Source of the DNA: Minutocellus sp. GHC0000111
Taxonomy: Eukaryota
DNA: 64,000 nt
Direction: 5' to 3'
Assembly (NCBI GenBank): GCA_977018835.1
Contig: OZ361261.1
Location: 248,001 to 312,000, forward strand
The translations under genes and the position numbers were made by a program. Of this stretch, positions 12,401-25,045 are shown piece by piece (within the stretch, counting starts at the first letter, position 1; every line of letters begins with the position of its first letter). The notes beneath the pieces were generated by a model. It saw only the letters and a list, made by a program, of their open reading frames with translations. It did not search any database and had not been told where the DNA came from.

Positions 12401-15400
12401 CCGAGGGAAGTAGTGCAGAAGAACCTGTTTCCCTTGGGCAAAAGAAAAGTCCCACCCCGAATGCAGCGGCAACGAGCGATTGGGAAGCGCTTTTATCGTC
12501 TGATTTTCATGCTCAATACAGGCATGACCATGAAAACCTGCTTCCCTTAGAGCGCCCCCTCCCTGCCGCCGGATCTCCCATGAGCACCATCGGCGATACA
12601 GCTTCAACAGAGCACATACAGCAGACAATCCCCTTAACCTTGTTTTGGCTCGATCAAATTGTCTCTAACTCGTCCAAGGAAATTCTACTTGGTGTAGTGC
12701 ACATTTTGTTTGATTCGCTTCATTTATTCTATGAAGACTGCAAACTCTGCCGTAATACTCGCGGAAAATCATGGTCGGCTGCCCTTGGCCAGTTCCTACA
12801 TGTGCTGTGCCACAAGGATTACGCACTGGGCAATATGGGTGATTTCGTTGACTATTACCACCGCGATGGAATGCTTGATGAGACGCTTCTGGAATCGAAA
12901 GGTGCCGGGTCTTTGTCGAACGGAGCCACTACAATTCGTTTGTCATCCTTTGAGATGCCACCTTGTGTATTCTCGTGGGTTGATGAAAAACTTCGTGGTG
13001 ATGACAAGATCACCTATCCTTTCCTGACGAGTACTGGTCGTGCAGAGGGAGCCCTCTGTCCTCCCGCCTCTCGGACTCTGTGCAGACTGCTTTCAACTCT
13101 TTATTCAAAGGGCCGGGGCAGGGAGAATAGCGGCATGGAAGACACCGCGGATTCACATTTCGCCCAGCAGAGTATTGATCGAAAGCTGGTCCTTTTGATG
13201 CTATCGGAGGGTGTGGCGGACCCTTTGACATTGCGGAATGAGCTTCCACCAGGTGTTGCTCTTCCATTTCTGGAATCGCTGAGACGATGTCGTTCGGACC
13301 CCCCTTCGCCCTGCGCCAAAAAGAATGATGGTCTTTATTTCCCTCCCGAGGCATTCAATCTCATTGGCCGGTCGGACTTGGCGCGCATACAGCTGCAAAT
13401 AGATCTCGTGTAGGAGTCGAAGATCGAAAAAGAACCAAGCAAAAAAGAAAGAACCTTTATCTTCTTCTACTGGCCTGGGATCAACTCAGCGAACCAGCAT
13501 TGGTTCTGTTCTGATTCCGATCAAGACGGCCTTGGCCTTCTTGCTGATTCGACGGCAATGCTCTATCCAAATGACACTCGTATTCAAGAGCTGGCTCGCC
13601 TTCTCCGATCATCTCGCCCTTCTTATCTTCGCGTTCCTCGAGCAGTCGAAGTCTCTGACCACGACTATGAGCGCTTGAAACAGGAGAAGCTTCTCTTGCT
13701 TTGTCGGCGGAAAATGGCGTTGCAGATTGGCCGAGGAATGGCGACTCTGTGCACGCTGAACTCCGCTGGGCCTATGCACAGCTCAAGTGCCGTACCTGCT
13801 GAACCGGTCCAGTTACCAAAACTCTCTCTCGCGGGTCGCGTAGCTCCATCCAATGCCACGCTGGCCCTCGATACGAGCACTTGTCCCTCGGACATGTCTG
13901 TGTGGCCAGAATTTCACAACGGCGTTGCGGCGGGCCTCAGACTACCAAAAGCTGGTGATGTTGGAAGCGGCCAAATCACACGCACATGGATCATCTACAA
14001 TCGTCCAGGAGCCAACCCCAGCAACCCTGCTCCCACTACCAGCAACAACACCAATAGTCAGCCCTCGAGTCAAGATCATACTCATGCAGGCTTGCTCTTT
14101 GCACTCGGACTTCAGGGACATTTGTCGGCTCTATCTATGACAGATGTTTATGACTATCTCACTCAGGGGACCGTGACGACGACGGTTGGTATCCTTCTGG
14201 GAATGTCCGCCTGCAAGAAGGGTACCTGCGACCAGTCAGTCTCGAAGATGCTTTGTCTGCACATCCCTTCGCTTTTGCCACCCTCTTTTGCTACCATGGA
14301 AGTTGCACCTCCCGCAAGAACAGCTGCGGTCGCCGGTATTGGACTCCTCTACATGGGGAGTGGTCACAGGCTCATGACTGAGTTTTTACTTGGTGAGATT
14401 GGGCGTCGACCACGCAGCGACGCAGCTGCAGCTGGTAGAGAGGGTTATGCCCTTTGCTGCGGACTAGCTCTGGGATTAGTCAATCTTAGCAAGGGTAGTA
14501 GCGAATCGGCAACATCTGGAGGCGGAGCTGGTCTGTCCGATTTGCGCATTGATGAGCGCCTCCACCGATATGTCGTTGGTGGACCGGAAGATCCCGAGAC
14601 AAGAAGCAAGCGCGATGCATCTGATCGTGCAGCGGCCGGTCTCGGTGCAGGTGGCGCTGCAGGGCTAAGTTCGGATCAGGAGCAATGCTCTTGCATATTT
14701 GAGGGAGAAAATATCAACACTGATGTGACAGCTCCTGGCCCGACCCTCTGTCTTGGACTTATGTATCTTCAAAGCGGGTAAGTTGAGATCTTGTGCTTCG
14801 ATTGTTTGATTCAATATTTTTTATAGTGCTGGTGGTCCTTTTCATCACCCCCTTTGTCTCTAACCAAGCTAGGATTATTCGCCTCCTTTCTTCGCAACCA
14901 AAATTCATAGAAATAAATCCGTAGCGGCACGTCTTTCACTTCCAGACACACACTTTCTTCTCGATTACGTCCGTCCAGATCTACTTATGTTACGAGTCGT
15001 CGCTCGGTCTTTGATATTGTGGGGCGATGTACGGCCCTCAAGTGAGTGGATAGAAGAGCAGATCCCCGGGATGATCAGAAGAGCCTTCGATCGAATGACC
15101 TCGAAAGCTCGAAATATGGCTGGATTTGCCGGCTTGGCTAGTTTTGCAAACATGCGAATGAATTCCTCACCAGGTCTTGTAGATGGCGCTTCTACCGCTG
15201 GAAAACGAAGAACGGGCGCCGGTTCAGACGAAGAGAATGACGCCACAAAATCAAACGTCGACTCCAAGCATGCTGAAAAGCAGACCGATGACGATGATGT
15301 TGACGTTGATAGGCATGCAATCCGTCAGGCTCATGTTCACATCATTGCCGGTGCATGTTTTGGCATGGGCCTAAGGTATGCAGGCTCTGGCAACGAAGAT

Positions 15401-16721
15401 GCAGCCGCCGCAATCACGCAATGTCTTGAGCACTTGATTCGCCTTCGAGACGAGTCGGATGCAGTTTCCGTGGCACTAAAGCCGGAAAGGCCAATTCTTG
15501 AAATGTGTTTGAGTTGTACTGCGGTGTCTCTTGCCATGGTGATGGCGGGTACGGGAGATGTACGGACCTTCAAATTGCTGAGGGCAATTCGATGGAAATG
15601 CGATGAAAGCATCCGCTATGGCACGCACATGGCAATTGGCTCTGCTATCGGTCTCCTCTTTTTGGGCGGTGGGACCTGCACCCTGGGGACCGAGCCTGAG
15701 GACATCGCCTCACTTCTGTTGGCATTCTTCCCCCGGTTCCCTATCAATACGATGGACAACCAATATCATTTGCAGGCTCTTCGGCATTGCTATGCGCTTG
15801 CTGTGAAACGTCGTCTTCTGGAGGCCGTTGACATCGATACGAAAGAGAAGGTCTTTGTGCCTCTTGAGGTTCTTTTGGATGGCAAATCCAGTACACCGAT
15901 GAAATTGACGGCCCCGTGTCTCCTGCTGAACAAGGGAAAATTATTCTCATCTTCGAGTCATATCCGAGCGCTTTTACCCGGCGAGTTTGGACTTACAAGT
16001 ATTAACGACGTCCGATTCCAATCTCACGCTGTTTGTCAAGAAGAAGTCAGGCCATCTGAGTTACCTACAAGACCCTCACGCCCATCGATCATTACTGGTA
16101 CAGACTGGCGGAAGCGGCGGAGGGTCTGCGGTTGAGCTCATCCAAGCGTTTACCGAGGACAAGAAACTCTTGGCTTACGCAAAGTACCTTTGTGATGATG
16201 GGAAGAAAAATCGTCGAAAGAAGCAATTGATGACCAACGGACAGCGAGGTGGTCTCAATTTGTCTCTTGAAGAATTTTGTACAGAAATCCTTCATGAGTG
16301 CCTCACCAAAGAAAAGACAGAAGCTATTCGTTTGTACATTGCTCTTAGACACGCCATAAAATCTGCGGAGGAAAGTGCATGGTCCGTCGAAAGTATATGG
16401 GATATTCGGCTCGTCCGTTCCTATTATGAGAGTTCTCAGCAGAGCCCATCTTCGCACATGTCTGTGCAAGTATCTCCTCTCCTCAACAAAGACTTTGTTT
16501 CTTCCCTCGACGAAAGTATCGATGGTCAATTCGCCGAGAAAGGATTCACCGGAACTGCATTGATGTCGTATTTGGAATCTGGAGGCAATTGGGAGTCTCT
16601 TAGTGAAGAAGACAAAAATATGATGGGTTGCTTCCTAACTTATCACGATGTTCCTTTCCCAGGTGGTTTGGTCGATGGGACTTCAGATGTACTGAATGAG
16701 GTAGTAGCTGGTATACAATAA
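9450..16721 (+). CDS. APC1: Anaphase-promoting complex subunit 1; intron 14778-14910; apparent frame breaks near 11900, 13400 and 15950
   Basis: WPEFHNGVAAGL, HAGLLFALGLQGHL, DVTAPG.TL.LGLMYL, FLLDYVRPDLLMLR, YGTHMA..AIGLLFLGGG and DNQYHLQALRH are APC1 PC-repeat/C-terminal motifs. Splicing gives SGNKSVAARL in frame. Confidence 0.9.
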
Positions 16722-16936
16722 TTTCTATTAGCAAGGCATGCATAGCATTTCATATTGAGGAAAGTATCTCTCTAGTTAGCTCGACTTGAACGCAGTGAAA
16801 TGCTTCTCTAGAAGAGAATCAATCTAACGAGAACCATTTCCAGGCCGAAGACCCGCAATATACATATTAAGATATAGATCAGAAAGAAGCGGCGCTTCGC
16901 GAAGCTTCACACAATCAGGCCTTCATTACTCTAAAT

Positions 16937-17566
16937 TTAATCAGACGACTCCTGAAGAGGAATGAGTGCCGATCGCTCTCCAACTTCCAGGAATGCCTTG
17001 AGACTTGCTAGTGCCGCATCGTAGTAACCAGCCAGCTGAATATCTTGCTTGCGTCCTCTCATGCCCAGGCTGGCTTGCGAGTCAAGTGCTTCAATGTCCT
17101 TTACGAATTTATCGTACGCTTTCTTGAGATTGTCCGCCTCAGCCCCGTCCTCACCACCTTTTATCAAGATGAGGCAATTCTTCCTAACCTCATTTAAGCC
17201 GGGGGTGCGCAGAGCCGCTTTCACATCGGTAAAGTCGTTGTTCACGCAAGGGAATTCGGCCTTCTCCAAATCCTTGACCGCTCGCTTGACCGCCCTAATG
17301 GCGGCCGTTGAAGCAACCTTGTTCGTCACATCAGCAAATGCAGGAGAAGGGAGCCCGCTCGCCACTCCAGCCGTCAGGACGGAAGCAGAGGCTACCTTCC
17401 CCAAAAGACCCCGTCGTGTTAATCCCTGCTCGGCATTGAGGGCAGTGATTGATGACGCAAACTTCTCACTGAAAGTGGTAGCAAATGCATCAGCCGAGGA
17501 GGGAAATAAGGTGCCAATGGCGGCGAGGGCAAGGACAAACGTCTGGTTACGGTTCACCATTATCAT
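16937..17566 (-). CDS. Plastid thylakoid-lumen protein, possibly PsbQ-like helical bundle
   Basis: Signal peptide ending ADA-F, transit peptide, twin-arginine TRRGLL, hydrophobic stretch and AFA cleavage site, then a helical mature domain. Confidence 0.7.
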   Translation of the reverse strand: MIMVNRNQTFVLALAAIGTLFPSSADAFATTFSEKFASSITALNAEQGLTRRGLLGKVASASVLTAGVASGLPSPAFADVTNKVASTAAIRAVKRAVKDLEKAEFPCVNNDFTDVKAALRTPGLNEVRKNCLILIKGGEDGAEADNLKKAYDKFVKDIEALDSQASLGMRGRKQDIQLAGYYDAALASLKAFLEVGERSALIPLQESSD

Positions 17567-17858
17567 CGTTCTGGCAAAATGACGCAATGTTGTTGTGGCA
17601 ACATCGTCAGATCTTTGGAAAATGACGCACGCCTCGCCTCTCGCTGGTAGGCCTGTGATGACTGAGGCTCGATTGGTCCTAGCGGTGGCTCGATGACGCG
17701 AAAGCGAAATCGACTCCCCCTTTTCCTCCTTTTCCTCCTTTTCCTTTCTCCTTGTCTTACGAACATGCATGGTCTGACCTTCATCAGGCTATGTGATCAG
17801 TCCGTTGTTCGTGCAGTTTGGCGATCACATCAGTCCAAAACCTAACTGACGTTCCGAG

Positions 17859-17999
17859 TTCCGAGGTCCACGATCGGCTTAGACCGAGAATTACCTGCAA
17901 TTCGCATCAGTTGCGGATCAAGAAGGGTGTATTCCGAGGTCCGCGATCGGCTTGGACCGAGAATTACCTGCAATTTGCATCAGTTGTCGATCAAGAAGG
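17859..17999. repeat. Tandem duplication with 73 bp period (2 copies)
   Basis: ttccgaggtcc(a/g)cgatcggctt(a/g)gaccgagaattacctgcaatt..gatcaagaagg at 17859 and 17932. Confidence 0.85.
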
Positions 18000-19033
18000 T
18001 CGCACACACACACATGACTGTTGTTTCAAGGGGAGGCGCGACGCTTCGGGCGAAGCGTGTTCTTGGTTCAAAAATTTTGTGCGTGGTGAACGTGTATGGA
18101 CTGGAAGAGGGCCTTCATGCCAGCAGAGACAGTCCTGACTACGTGGAAGACGACCAGGATTACTTGGATTTTCTCACCGATTCTCTCCCCAGCATGGAGA
18201 TGGAGAGGGCACTATTGCGTCCTTGTAATTGAAGCGCTTCTGTTGGAGAACGGTAGAGTGGCATTCGCAGTCAACACATAGACAGAATTCTGAGATCGGA
18301 TGATGTTGCATCACTTGTTCAAGACAGCGACGATGAACTTCAAAACGAGGGAGTGTTGACAACCATGGGCTCAACTGTCACCAGTGCAACTTTCATCTTC
18401 ACCCCCGTAACCCCCCATTGCGATAGCTGTGTGCAAAGTCATTGGTCCTTTTCCCGAACATAATAATATTCATGGATGGATATGTTCTGAGCACCGCGCG
18501 CAACATAAACTTTATCCATGCGAATAAAAACGAAAAAGAAAAAAAAAAAAAAAAGGCAGAGTCTTTTTCCTCTCAAGCTGCCATTTTTGCAAAGTCGCGC
18601 TGCCCGATGCAAATTTTGCGTGTGTGTCCAGAGTCGGTCAGCCAAATTAGTACCAGTTCTACGCATTCTACGTAAACGAGCCTGCCTCGCCAATTTTTCA
18701 TACAAAAATTGGTAGTGCTTCAAAATGACTAACCCTAATGACTTCAGGTCAACAACTACCCCTCCCACACCCACCCCTAATTTTTCTAGCATAGCTAGCT
18801 AGCTAAAAAATTATTTAAGGGCCCGGCATCGAGCCAACACATTTTGGGAGGAAAAGGCCCTCAGCGCGACACAAACTGCTCGGGCAAAGTTGCGCAAAAG
18901 GATGCATGCTCGAGCAACATTCGCAGATGAATACGCTTCATTACCGATACATGCTCAAGCAAAATTCGCAGAGGAATACGCTTGAATACGCTTCATTATC
19001 GATACATCAGTCTCACATAAGTTACACCCGAAC

Positions 19034-20170
19034 ATGTTTTCCCAATCGACATCAAAAGCAACAATTGCGGCTCTCCTCTTTGCTCACCTCTCATCGGCGC
19101 AGGAGAACTTCAACTTTGAATTGATCTCGTCGTCGTCCAGTGGGACAAGCAAGGACCAGCCTGTTGCTTTTTCAGCTTCATTCGAAAACTTGTGGGTGAA
19201 AGATCGCCATCCCTTTCGCTATCCTTCTGGAAGCGAGCACTGGTCACCCTTCGTATTTGCTACACACTCCCCTGACTACGTCATGTGGGAGGAAGGAGGC
19301 ATGGCTAGTCCAGGCATTGAACTTATCGACGAGACCGGTGGAACCGGCATATTGCGAAACGAGATTCGTGCTCAACAGGACGAAAACTTGGTTCTCAGTT
19401 ATGATACCACGCCTATGATTCCAGATGCTTTTGAAGGAGCATCTGTTTCAACTGGTTCCAACAACCTCTGCGCCGATAAAGACCATCCTTTGGTGTCATC
19501 CATCGGCATGATCGCACCCTCGTGAGTATATATAGTGTTTGCGTGTGCGTGTGTGTTTGTGACTGTGATCCACATTGCGATGTCTAGTAATGTACCTCCT
19601 CCTCTCTAACATGGTCATGACATATTTCCTTTTTGAACAAAATTCTCCTTGGATAGTCCCGATTGGTTCAGTGGTCAGTTCAATCTACGACTTCACAATG
19701 GAGCCAATTGGTACAAGAAGATCGAGGTATATGTCTACCCTTGGGACGCAGGCACCGAAGAAGGCGAACGATACAGCCTCGGCAATAGTCCAACCAGTCC
19801 TCAAGAACCAATTTTGCCGTTCATGCCAGGGTCAAGCGAGGACAAAGTGTTTGTCAGTAGAGGAAACAATGGCCTCGAAATTGAACCCGTCGGCATCGTC
19901 ACCTTCGAACTCGATGGTCCCTCTCAAAAATGCTCTTCCGCTTCTGCATCATCGGTGCTTCCTTCAGCGGAAGTAGCCATGGACTCTTCATCGCAATTCA
20001 TTATCCGCGTGAAGAGAGCGGGAGAAAGCCGGCTGAGGAAAGTGAATTGCAGCGTGTGGGCGAGCAGACGTCCAAACAAACGGTGCAAAAAGATGACCAG
20101 GACGTTGCAAGGTCGCCGCACAGGAGTTCGCGTGCAGACTCTTTGTCCAGCAACCTGTATGAATAAGTAA
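19034..20170 (+). CDS. Secreted Spondin_N domain protein; intron 19522-19656
   Basis: Signal peptide; HWSPFVFATH..WEEGGMASPG..ETG; MIAPS|PDWF across the splice; YPWDAGTE; Cys-containing basic C-terminus. Confidence 0.85.
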
Positions 20171-20399
20171 TGGTGATGGAGTTTGAGTAAAAAGCGAGTC
20201 TCCAGATGTTCTAAAGAAAATGTTTACACGTATTTATTTTTTAGCTGGCCTTCTGGGAGTTGGCCTACATGTACCGGTAGGCTTACAACTTGAGACAACT
20301 CCAGACAGTTTATCACCGTAGAGCCATAAATGTAGTATTTGTCTTCTTTTAGATGAAGAAAACATGATGTACCCACACTCCACCATTTTTACCAGTAAT

Positions 20400-22221
20400 C
20401 TAATTCACAAATTTAGCAGTGGAGAAATAGCTTAGCTTTGGGTAAGCTGATTCGAGGTATTCATTGCCCTTCGCTTGAATCAATCCCTGATTGGGACCCC
20501 TGCCCTGGGGCGCTCCTGTACCGATAGACATATATGTTAGTCCCAAAATGCGCACTGTCCCAGTTCGCGAACTGGGATCCCAGTTTGCGAACTGAGATTC
20601 ATTTATCCCAGTTTGCGCACTGGGCCCCAGTTCCCAAACTAGGATCTCAGTTTGCGCACTGATACTACCAGAATGGAAACTGAGATAAACACGCCAATCC
20701 GAATTTGGGAACCAGACGAGTTCGCGAACTGGAACAAATATGAATACCAGTTTGGAAACTGGCATTCTCGGCAAGTGTCAGAATGGTAACTGCCGGTGTT
20801 GGCTCATGCACAATGATTATGTACTGGTAGATCTATCTACAATACAAGTTGCACTGTGCATCATATCTTGAATTTGCAAGCTACATGTACTGGTACAGTA
20901 GCAACATGATGCCGGCATAGCACAGATGCATGTACAGTTCATGTCTTATATTTGCCAGAAGCACCTAGCTAGATATTATTATTTATTCACTATATGTATT
21001 TAGTATCAGCTAATGCCAATTTATTGAGTATCAGCTCCGGCACTAATGTCGTCTGGACGTCTGGACCAGGTTTGGGCTGTGTTGCTTCACTATGAAAAAA
21101 TGAAGCGAGGAGAAGCAAAGGCGATATCATCCATGCTAAATATTCATTATTTCTCGATTGATCCCAGTTTGCAAACTGAGATTGTGCCTATGATCCCAGT
21201 TTCCAAACTGGGATAAATAAATCCTAGTTCGCAAACTGGGATCCCAGTTCGCGAACTGGGACAGTGCGCATTTTGGGACTAACATATATACAAAGAGGTG
21301 GATATATATATTTGGTGAGAACAGCAGCATGATACTCATATCACGCATGTTTAATCTTCGAGAAATTAGCTAAATGTAAGTACGCACCTTCCCCATACCC
21401 AGCATATAGCTTGTCAACGACATCCATCCCTTCGACAACCTCTCCAATTGGCGAGAATCCTTGCTTGTCAAGAAATCCATTGCCCTTGGGGTTCGTATTG
21501 ATGAATAGCTGCGTAGTACGAGTGTTGGGGCCAGCTGTAGCAAATACAACCGTGCCTCGCGAGTTGGTTACCTTGACCGGATCGTCGGAGAGGCTCTGCA
21601 TTTATTTGTTATGAGGAAGCGAAACATATGGTGTTGATAGTTGAGTAAAGATAAAGAGATGCAACTTGCTGCGAACAATAACAAAATAATCAGCTCCAAG
21701 GCCACACACTTTGCAAACAACTATTGATTCGACTCACCGACGCGCGCCACTTGGACTGAACCTGCGGGTCCCCATTGATTCCAAATTGCGCAATGAAACC
21801 GGGAAGTACTCGGAACACCCGGCATCCATCCCAGAACTTGTTCTCGGTCAGTGCCTCGAATCTTTGGACTCCCTTCGGAGCCCAGTCGTGTCCGGACGGT
21901 GAAACTGCCCGAATCCCCTCCGTCAAGATTTTGCACCTCGAACTTGATGAGACGGCCCTCTTCCTCTGCAAACGCGTCGGTAGAAGTGAAGGTAGTGGCA
22001 AAGGCCGATGCAAGAACAGCGATTCTGGACCCAACATCTCTGCGAGAGAGGTCGCCATCTGACTCGCCGGTCTGGTCGTCGTCAGATGAAAAGAGAGCAT
22101 TCAGTGTGGACTGCGAACGAACAGAGGCGACGGTTGACGTAATTCCATGGCTAGGAACAAATGCCTCTGAGCCAACGAGGCAACTGGCGAGGAGGAGAGA
22201 AGAAGCCACAAGACGAGTCAT
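20400..22221 (-). CDS. Plastid-targeted cyclophilin-type peptidyl-prolyl isomerase; introns 21596-21737 and 20516-21387; frameshift near 21890
   Basis: SEA-FVP bipartite signal with SRR motif; [71 protein letters not shown]. Confidence 0.88.
20531..21288. mobile_element. Intronic MITE with long TIRs and palindromic subterminal repeats, inserted in a TA-rich site
   Basis: tatatgttagtcccaaaatgcgcactgtcccagttcgcgaactgggatcccagtttgcgaact at the left end and its reverse complement ending ...ttttgggactaacatata at the right; many cccagtt..aactggg units. Confidence 0.92.
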
Positions 22222-22464
22222 GGTGTCTGGGTCCGGTGAGTGTTGGGGGAAGAATAAGGCTGCGATCTGCCTCAGCGCCTGACGCGACGCGATGACTGAC
22301 GCGACGAGTACCTACGTAGGCCTAGGCCTAGGTACATGACATGATTCATTCGAGTGAGTCAATTTCGTGATTCGACTCGCTCGATCTGAATTGCCGAGAT
22401 TTGAATATCCCTTGCGCATTGTCGAAAAACATATCGATTGAATAAAATACGACACACCTTGCCA

Positions 22465-22965
22465 ATGAATCGAAGAGACAGACGTACCGCTACCGGTATC
22501 AGTAATAATAACTCAGCCGAAGCCTTTCTTCGTGATATCGGCCTCACAAGGTCTCAAGAGGACGAGGCAACGGCTTCTTGCCGACAACATTTTGTTAGAA
22601 GCGCGGCTGACCTTGTTTTGATTTACAAACGAGGGGAGTTGAAAGACTTATTCCCTCAGCTGGGACTTCATGCTCGAATCGAAGCTAAAATGAAACAACG
22701 ATCGGTGGCTTTGGCGAAAACGTGCCTTCTGGATACTACGGCGTCGACAATATCATCATGTGAAAAGTCAGAAGATGCCGACGACGACGCTGAAGGGAAG
22801 GATATTTCTACTCGGTCCATGGATGATGACACCACGAAACAGGCCACAAAAAAAGGTGCGGCGAACAGCAATAGCGACATAATGTTGGAAAAGTTAGTCA
22901 GGGATTGGTATGAACGATCAAAGAGGAAGGCCATATGCTTCCTAAATGAACATCGATGTGGCTAA
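22465..22965 (+). CDS. Hypothetical protein with a small helical domain shared with the neighbouring gene
   Basis: 166 aa ORF; FLRDIGL..CRQHFVRSAADL..RGELKDLFP..ARIEA. Confidence 0.55.
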   Translation: MNRRDRRTATGISNNNSAEAFLRDIGLTRSQEDEATASCRQHFVRSAADLVLIYKRGELKDLFPQLGLHARIEAKMKQRSVALAKTCLLDTTASTISSCEKSEDADDDAEGKDISTRSMDDDTTKQATKKGAANSNSDIMLEKLVRDWYERSKRKAICFLNEHRCG

Positions 22966-23285
22966 GGGCTAATGTACATGTAAGTTGAAAGGAAATTACA
23001 TGAAATCTATCAATTGAAATTTTCATATGTTTTATATAATATTAATGAACTTAGCAGACCATATGCTGCATTTGAAATTAATGGTTTCTCGACATAATCT
23101 CATGCAGCAGATAAAAAGCGAACCCCGCCAATTGTTACCCCGGCGTTCGCCTGGTCTTTTGAGAAAGTAGTTCCTAGCTTCATGTTTCACCCTGGTTCAA
23201 AATTTCGTGTGCGCAAGATGGACATTATTTGTGATGGTCACCAATAAGAAGATAAAATAGAGCCACGCAGTCATCCTCTGTCTCT

Positions 23286-23834
23286 TCACCAAGAAGAGGT
23301 CTTGGTAGCAATCAAATAGACGCAGCTATAGGGCTCCACGCCGCAAGCACGCATAGTCTTGTTGTCAGGCAACTGACGCCCACAGAAGACAAGCTGCTGC
23401 CTCTCCAACTCCAATCCAAAGCAGGTGTTGGTGCAGATGTATTCCTTGATTTGACGCACCGTCGTGTTCGGCGTCACATCGCACGAAATCTTTACCCCGT
23501 CGTGCTTGATGTGAATTGGCTTGACCGTTTCAACTCCGCTCATGGAATCTGCATTATTCTCATCAACCTGAGAGGTGCAACTGAATTGCGCCTCGAGCCG
23601 GCTAAAGAGAAAGGGATGCGGAAATATCTCCCCAAGCTGACCCCGGGCATGGACCTGCCGCAGATCAGCTACCGTATGAATAAATCGTTCCTCGCAGATA
23701 CCGAGAGCGATGTGCGCGTCCTTGCTCCTCAAACCAGTCTGTCGGAAAAAGTCCAAGAGATCAAGATCGTCATCTCCACGCGAATCTGCCCACACAAAAT
23801 CGTCCTGGTCGATGACTATCCCGCGCTTGCTCAT
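23286..23834 (-). CDS. Protein with the shared helical domain plus a C-terminal ubiquitin-like domain
   Basis: VTPNTTVRQIKEYI..QQLVFCGRQLPDNKTMRACGV is a ubiquitin-fold signature; there is no terminal di-Gly. Confidence 0.75.
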   Translation of the reverse strand: MSKRGIVIDQDDFVWADSRGDDDLDLLDFFRQTGLRSKDAHIALGICEERFIHTVADLRQVHARGQLGEIFPHPFLFSRLEAQFSCTSQVDENNADSMSGVETVKPIHIKHDGVKISCDVTPNTTVRQIKEYICTNTCFGLELERQQLVFCGRQLPDNKTMRACGVEPYSCVYLIATKTSSW

Positions 23835-24108
23835 GATACTGGTAACCTCGACCTCCTCAATCAACAACGTACAAACACTCGGCCCCGATACCGTCAAAGC
23901 AACTCAACTTGCTCGCTTATCACTGGAGGAAAACAAAAAACGGCACATGATGTGGCCTGCCGTGCGAAGGAAAGACCAAATATTCGTGTCGATGTTATGT
24001 CATTCAGAAAGATAGTGATGACGTGGTGTTCCGTCTCGCATCATCGATTTGCTTGTTTTATGCAGTCAGCCAGCAGTCAGCATAATAGCAACTTTACGTC
24101 CAGTCAAC

Positions 24109-24500
24109 ATGATGTCCGCCCGCAGAAGCCTCCTCGCCGCCGTCGGCCCCATTTGTGCCCTCCTCCTGTTGGCTGCTCATCCCAGTGATGCCTTCACTGC
24201 CATTCAGCCGGCCGCCAACACCGTCTCTACCTCTTCCACTTCTCTTTACCTTGGCTTGGAAACTTCGGAAAGAAGAAGGAGCCACAGGAGGATCTGTCCT
24301 ACATTGAGACCAGGGACTTGACAAGGGCGGAGATGGAGGAGATCAACCGCCAAAACGAAGAAATTATGAATATGGAGCTGTCGGCGATGACCGGATTCAG
24401 CCTCGTCCTTAGTATTCCCATCCTCTACCTTTGCTGGGTCGCGTTCTTCTCCGATTATAATGAGGGAAAGGGGGAAATCACGAGGATGAGAAAAGGATGA
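24109..24500 (+). CDS. Small plastid-targeted single-pass membrane protein (frameshift near 24260)
   Basis: Signal peptide ending SDA-F plus Ser/Thr-rich transit peptide; a second frame gives EEINRQNEEIMNMEL and a hydrophobic helix. Confidence 0.6.
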
Positions 24501-25045
24501 TTTCGAGGGTTGGCGGCATTCGGACGACCATTTTTCCGTGGCGGACAAATGAATTTCTCTATATTCATTGTCGCGTTGGATCATGATACGAGAAACCGAG
24601 GTTCTCGACATAGGTCTGGTTATTGAATTGAATCTATTCGAAAATATTGCATGTGCTCAGCTAATATCAATTCGGATTGTGCGCTTGTAGCTAATGACGT
24701 TCCGTTTTGCATGTTCATCTTTTGAAAGAAATGAGTTTTGCTAATCTACCGGCGATAAAGAAAACTAATCTACTAATTGTTTGCATTCGATATACATTCG
24801 GAGGTTGTCGAATCATATGCATACGATTTCGATTCCATGTCAAATCGCACTCTAGCTACGTAGCTAGTACGTAGTACATCGCACGTCACCTCAACTGTAT
24901 ATCTCCAACCTCTGCTATCCAACCATCGAGTCTCCAATCTACGCATTCGTTGGCAACCAATGGATCATTCCTTATCAAAGCCTCGGCTTCATCATAATCT
25001 CTTGCCGCAAAGAACATGAGACCACCTCCACAGGGCTTACCCTCG

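Noticed and set aside
18410..18900. AT-rich intergenic stretch with poly-A that looks like a transposon remnant
   Set aside because: No convincing TIR pair or TSD found.
20555..20765. Repeated palindromic cccagtt..aactggg units resembling a CRISPR array
   Set aside because: Spacing is irregular, there are no unique spacers of constant length and no cas genes, and the units are mirrored at 21160-21260 as MITE subterminal repeats.
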